A DNA stretch of 64,000 nt, taken from contig NC_086384.1 of assembly GCF_036588685.1 (NCBI RefSeq), forward strand, positions 15,686,001 through 15,750,000. Direction: 5' to 3'. The notes beneath the pieces are model-generated. The model searched no databases. It worked only from the letters and a program-made list of their open reading frames with translations, and had not been told where the DNA came from. Numbering within the stretch: position 1 is the stretch's first letter; each line of letters begins with the position of its first letter. A program made the translations under genes and the position numbers. Positions 61,229 through 64,000 of this stretch are shown one piece after another. Origin of the DNA: Mytilus trossulus. Its lineage: Eukaryota.

Positions 61229-63275
61229 ATTGAATTATAATTCTTGTACCTTTGATAACTAATTAGCGTAAACCTTATATTATACTATATGTTTAACAGA
61301 AGTTACAGATCATAAAACACTTGACAGAGAATTGAAGAAGAAAAAACAACGACGCAAAGACAAACAACAGTCAACAAAGCACAATAGAAAAAACATCCTT
61401 AGAAACTCGGAGTGATCTTAGGCGATCCACATAAGGAAACAATTCATTACAGACATATTCAAGTTGTATACGGCAGACATCCGCATCATTGCTTCATATT
61501 ATATTTCAAATGTGTTCGCAATTTTGAGATGATTGTTGATACCACATTCAAACGTTTATTTGAAACTCAACTACGTTTTTTTTTGTATCATTGTTTTTAG
61601 ATACATTCTCTGAAAATGATCAGTTTTATATTCATTTTTATTTTAAATGAATTTCCTGTCATTTTAATAGGTATCTCTACTCGTGAAGAAGAGTGCATAG
61701 CAAGTTCTGGCTTTATATATAATGGAAGTGCTGACATTTGTTACTTCATTGGTTCAGAAATGGAAATGAATTTTACGTATATCAACACATTATGTCCATT
61801 AATGGGTAGCAAGCTAATAGCTATAGATTCTCAAATCAAGCAAAAATTCGTCCAGGAAATATTAGGTTAGCTATGTAATTATATCCTTTAACTTGATTTA
61901 TGATCTTGTGTATATAATAAGAATCAAAAGGATAAGTTTTGTAATTATCCTTGTTATCATTGTTTTGTTGTCGGTAATGTGAGCTGTTTTCAAGACACGA
62001 TACTAGTCGCGGTTCAATCCTAGATCTATCAAAATGAACAAAATATGGCTCTTGAAGTATTATAATACTAGAATATTTGACTTTTAATTGTGTTTATTTG
62101 TTTAACATTTCGAATGAATCATAATCTAAGAATGCGCCACCAATATTTTTATAACGATATGGTGTTCGAAAATATAAATATAAATTAGACTTTTCGCATT
62201 GCTTTAACATAAAATAAAATTGGGAAACTTTGATTATTCAAATACCTTTTTTGCTGTAAAATTGACATTTCAAGGCGACGGCTATAGCCTTTGCCAGAGG
62301 ATGATTAATGCCTTTTATAAATAAAAATGTAAATAAAATAAATCAACAAAAAAAAAATCAACACGTAAGATTCCTTATCTAATGACAACATCAAAAGCTC
62401 AAACACGTTAAATAAATTTAAAAACTGCTATTTTATTCTTGACGTGGTACAGGCATTCCCTCATGTGAATAATGGTAGATGAATCCTAGGATTATAGCAA
62501 GCTTAATCTCTAACTAAATAATAGAATACAATAATTGACATTAATTATTACTTAACGTGTTTCTACCATTAATTATAATTTAAGAAGCATAGAATATCTT
62601 GAATAATCACAAAAAAAACCATGAACAATTGAACAGTTTAATTGAATCATATGATTTTTTTAAAAATAAATTTCAGAAAGGGGACCGACAATATTCAAAG
62701 TTTACTTTTTTTTCTATTTGTTATAAATAACTGTATACTTTGTTCAACTTATGTGATACCAGAACAAAATGATATACCATACTTTTGATATATACTATAA
62801 AAATAAAAATAAAAAAACACCTAAGTCTGCATTTGTTTAAATAAAAGGAAACTTAATTCTCTATTTAATTGCCTTTCGAATTTCTGTATCTGATTTCTCT
62901 TTGTATGTGTTGTTTTTACAGTTTCAGACGCACCATCTTTTGTATGCATACAAGGGAATAGCGACAATCCTGAATTCCAATATCGATTCGACAACGGCTC
63001 GGAAATGACGTATTTGAACTGGGATGACAATCAACCAAATAATCCTGATATTGACCATTACATAGCATTAATGAAAGACAGATTTTACAAATGGCACGAT
63101 GTCTCAAAAGAACGACCAAACATGCAATGCGCTTTCGTTTGTGAAAAGTAATAAAGAGTTAACAGAGCAAGGTCTATACAACAACACTCATCTTTTTTAT
63201 TTTTATTTTAACAAAACAAAACCAACACGTAAGGTTCCTTATCTAATGACAACATCAAAAGCTCAAACACATTAA

Positions 63276-63810
63276 GGTATCCGACCCATAATAGACCACG
63301 TGACTAAAATTAGTCGAAGTATACCGAGGTCGATCTTATCTTTTCACCTCGGTATTTTCCGGCGATTTCCTTATTTTTATTTTTCACATTTATAAAATTT
63401 GACAAATACAAATAGTCTTTCAGTTTCCATTTTAAATTGATTGATTTAGTTGAAATATCTAATTTTAAGTCCGAATATGTGTTTTGAAAGTAACGTAATA
63501 ATCATATCCAATGTAAACAATAACACAAAATGGCCGACAAACGAGGGAGGTTTTCAAAGACACTACAAGAAACAAGTGAACCTGAAGTTGCAGAAAACAT
63601 TGAAATTGACCACAATTATGGTGTGGGACACTTATGTATAGCCGGAGCAACAGGCTGTGCCGTTTGCTGCCCCGGCATTGACAAACTTTTGGGGAGTACA
63701 AACTAGATAAATACCAGTACCTCCTGGCATTCGGGGAGAAGATTGGTGGAATGGGGAACACTGCTGGATCATCTTAAATTTTGTTCGAGGTGTTATAACG
63801 GCCCTCTTAT
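63276..63810 (+). mobile_element. 5' fragment of a Kolobok-like transposon with transposase N-terminus
   Basis: starts after TTAA; ATG at 63530 MADKRGRF...DHNY...*...WHSGRRLVEWGTLLDHLKFCSRCYNGPL. Confidence 0.6.
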
Positions 63811-63814
63811 ATAT

Positions 63815-64000
63815 CATATGATTTTTTTTTAAATAAATTTCAGAGAAGGGACCGACAATATTCAAAGTTTACTTTTTTGTTCTATTTGTTATAAAAAACT
63901 GTATACTTTGTTCAACTTATGTGATACCAGAACAAAATGATATACCATACTTTTGATATATACCATAAAAATAAAAATAAAAAAAACACCTAAGTCTGCA
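63815..64000 (+). repeat. duplicate of gene 4 intron-2 segment (62646-62830)
   Basis: near-identical gggaccgacaatattcaaag...cacctaagtctgca; 62357-62411 also recurs at 63222-63275. Confidence 0.92.

Larger units (their letters stand above)
60830..61262 (+). mobile_element. retrozyme-like repeat with two hammerhead motifs
   Basis: reverse-complement match to 6560-6866 plus an extra HHR insert. Confidence 0.75.
60484..63151 (+). pseudogene. signal peptide, PAN/apple and C-type lectin gene with premature stop (exons 60484-60769, 61671-61865, 62922-63151)
   Basis: MNWKLVFMFTLFTGCFA; TAA at 60628-60630; CAHRCLMTPTCCSAGY...KCLL; CYFIG...LIAIDS; YLNWDDNQPN...KWHD...AFVCEK*; phase-1 introns intact. 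Confidence 0.85.

Overview
AT-rich, intron-rich animal genomic DNA. Repeat families and gene types point to a bivalve mollusc, probably Mytilus-like (inference). Four multi-exon genes for extracellular proteins were assembled by hand from GT-AG sites and reading phase. (1) The 3' part of a + strand thrombospondin type-1 repeat (TSR) gene with a 15-nt microexon and a GPI-signal-like tail (39-8514). (2) A complete-looking + strand mosaic gene of about 643 aa with all-phase-1 introns: signal peptide, 2x[6-Cys CCP-like, 7-Cys kringle, Cys microexon], 3x Thr-rich microexon, 3x CCP, PAN/apple (19112-49950). (3) A - strand perlucin-like C-type lectin of 162 aa (55885-50986). (4) A + strand PAN plus C-type lectin gene with one in-frame TAA (60484-63151). 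Non-coding content includes a 43-bp satellite (~130 copies, with higher-order blocks) and a 45-bp satellite (~50 copies). One intron of gene 2 holds a five-layer nested insertion: Transib-like element > hammerhead retrozyme > Harbinger MITE > interspersed repeat > dead CR1/L2-like LINE. There are several type I hammerhead ribozyme motifs, a Kolobok-like transposase fragment and many MITEs. No database searches were run; family calls rest on motif recognition.
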